From: Podarcis melisellensis
Taxonomy: Eukaryota
Length of the DNA stretch: 64,000 bases
Assembly: GCA_964234715.1 (NCBI GenBank)
Contig: OZ174282.1
Direction: 5' to 3' (one strand)
Part shown: piece after piece, positions 61,728 through 64,000 of the stretch
Position numbering within the stretch: position 1 is the stretch's first letter
Layout: every line of letters begins with the position of its first letter
The notes under the pieces: model-generated
The model's database searches: none
What the model was told of the DNA's origin: nothing
The model's input: only the letters and a program-made list of their open reading frames with translations
Position numbers and translations under genes: made by a program

Positions 61728-61840
61728 CAGGCATAGGCAAACTCGGCCCTCCCATCAACCATGACCACTGGTCCTGTTAGCTAGGGATGATGGGAGTTGT
61801 AGTCCCAAAACATCTGGAGGGCCGAGTTTGCCTATGCCTG
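61728..61840. mobile_element. Young hAT MITE
   Basis: Perfect 25-bp TIR caggcataggcaaactcggccctcc; perfect 8-bp TSD acatagtc at 61720-61727 and 61841-61848. Confidence 0.92.
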
Positions 61841-64000
61841 ACATAGTCTCTTAGTGATTGTGCCAATATGGTGAGGCTCACTGGACATCAACATGAAACT
61901 GAGCCTTCAGTGTGATTGGTCCACTCATCTAGAATGCTCTTCCAATAGGGATTCAGCAGGCGCCTTCTGTATTAACTTCCAGACAGTTGCTGAAAACTTT
62001 CCTTTGCCACCGGACGCATCCAGACAGTTAAGAAAAACATCATCCATAACAGTCAGTTGGTGATTTGTTTTGATTTTTCCTGTGATTCTTGTTGCATTTT
62101 AATGGTTGTAAGCCACTTTGAATTTTTAGGAAATAAAATTGTGGCATACATGCAGCAACAATCTTATGTGTGACCAATTGACATGTGATGGCGCATGCAG
62201 GCACCACGGTGACCTGGAAGTGACTGGAAAAGGAGGGCAGAACAGGGAGATGGTGGGGAGATGGCAGAATGGGGCAGAACGAGTCAATACATGCTCCACT
62301 GTTGTGTGCAATAACCTGGAATGAAAACCATGTGCAAATCGGGGGTTGCCTGTACAAATACTGTGCTTTGGTGTGTGTTTTTTTGTTTGTTTTTTTAAAA
62401 AAATTGTGGTATACAGATTGATTTTAAAAAATGGGCTAGCTCCATGTACACCACCCTAGGCTTCTTGGCGGAAGAATGAGAGACAAATAAGACCACACAC
62501 AAAGAAAAATTATCTCACAAAATGCAAAATATGTCTAAACTCTCCCCCCCCCCGTGTGCTTGCACACACTCAACATTTGCATATCTCAACATATAATTTT
62601 TATCAAATTTTAAAATGCCTGCATATTTCTAGAAGCACAATTTATAAAATATTGATAGCTAGAAACACAGTGGTGACCCCCCCCAGCCCACCCCTCAACC
62701 ACCACCACTACCTCAACAGTAATATTGTTCTCAAAATTTTAGCTTGAAATGCTAAAATCTGAGCAGTGAGTTTTACAAATATAAAGATGTTACATTTTTT
62801 TTTAAAGGATTTCTGGTTGTTGTTTTTTAAAAGAAATCTTCATTATTATTTGCCAGGCAGTTTATGGAAATGAAGTGTCTAGCCTATTTATTCATTTAAC
62901 ACATCTCCTTAAAGCTTGCAATAAAATTTTTGAGAGCAACTTGCAACGCTCTTTTTTTCCTCCATCTCTCCTCTGAACAAAAAAAAAATCACAAACAGAC
63001 ATTGTCTCTATAGCTGTCTCTTTTGCCTACTAGTTTCCTTTTTTCTTCACATGTCTGCATACTGACACATTCAATTTCAGGTTATCAGCACATCTGAATT
63101 ACGGAATACTGATGGGGATAGAGGGCAAGCCTCTCTAGACTGATTAGCATCATTTAAGAAAGCATTCACTTGCTTGCTTCATTGGCTGCAGGGATTCCAT
63201 GATGGGTGGCCTTTTAGCATTAGAAGTCAATATGGAGCAATCTCATTTGAATTAAATATGGACAAAAGAAAAGATCTGATTGTGGTTATTCATAGCTAAC
63301 CTTTTAATTTCACAAAGCGCCCCCCCCCAAAAAAAAATTGCTCTAAACCCTTAAAACTTAGGAACATAAAGGTATTATTTTTCTCATATATATATGGGAT
63401 AGACACACACATAGACACACACCCCTTTCCCCCTTTGATTTTATCTTGTTGTTTTTCATTTGCACAAGGAAATGCAAAGCCACATTTTATGTTCTAAAGA
63501 AATATCTTTATGAATGTTCAAGGAAAACCTTTTAACCTAGTTACCCTCAACTATAATGAAAGCACAGTGCCTAATTCTAATCCATAAAATGTATGTAAAT
63601 CCACTCTGAAAAACATATTTGTCTATATGAGATTTACACTTGCATCAGAATGGGTTACAGATAGAACTAAAGTATTTCGTTAACACAAATGACGATTTAT
63701 GGCTGGTCACACTGTGACCTTTGTTTGGAAAGGGGGCCTAAACTCATTGTGTAGTTGAAACTAGTTTAAAAGCATAACAAAACTCTCATCTCAGGAGAGG
63801 GGGAGGGGAACAATTCACATGATAATTTTATTTGAGCTCAGTGAACAGAACAATAAAATAGTAAAATAGTAATATTTCTCTCTGGCTGGATTAATGGAGT
63901 TATTATATGTTGGAATCCTTAGATTCAGAAAGGATTGATGTGATTGTGGATCATTTTAATGGGCCCACCACAGGGTCAAACTTGCATCATGTATGTTGAG

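Overview
Vertebrate nuclear DNA, very probably from a squamate (lacertid-like lizard), judged from Sauria SINEs, BovB, CR1/L2/RTE LINE fragments and lizard-type MITEs. Most of the window looks intronic. Two phase-compatible minus-strand exons (34377-34473 and 2711-2936) splice into a ~107-aa C-terminus I cannot assign to a known gene. The most striking element is a very young Penelope-like retroelement (43871-45660): 5'-truncated RT thumb plus GIY-YIG endonuclease, ~292-bp inverted pseudo-LTRs that each carry a minimal hammerhead ribozyme core, and (TA)n on both sides. A ~220-bp remnant of a second hammerhead-bearing Penelope-type family sits at 19682-19899. Six irregular N-runs lie in repeat-poor, enhancer-like sequence, two of them separated by only 36 bp. 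This suggests deliberate masking, possibly of ultraconserved elements, rather than assembly gaps. All family assignments are by eye; no searches were run.
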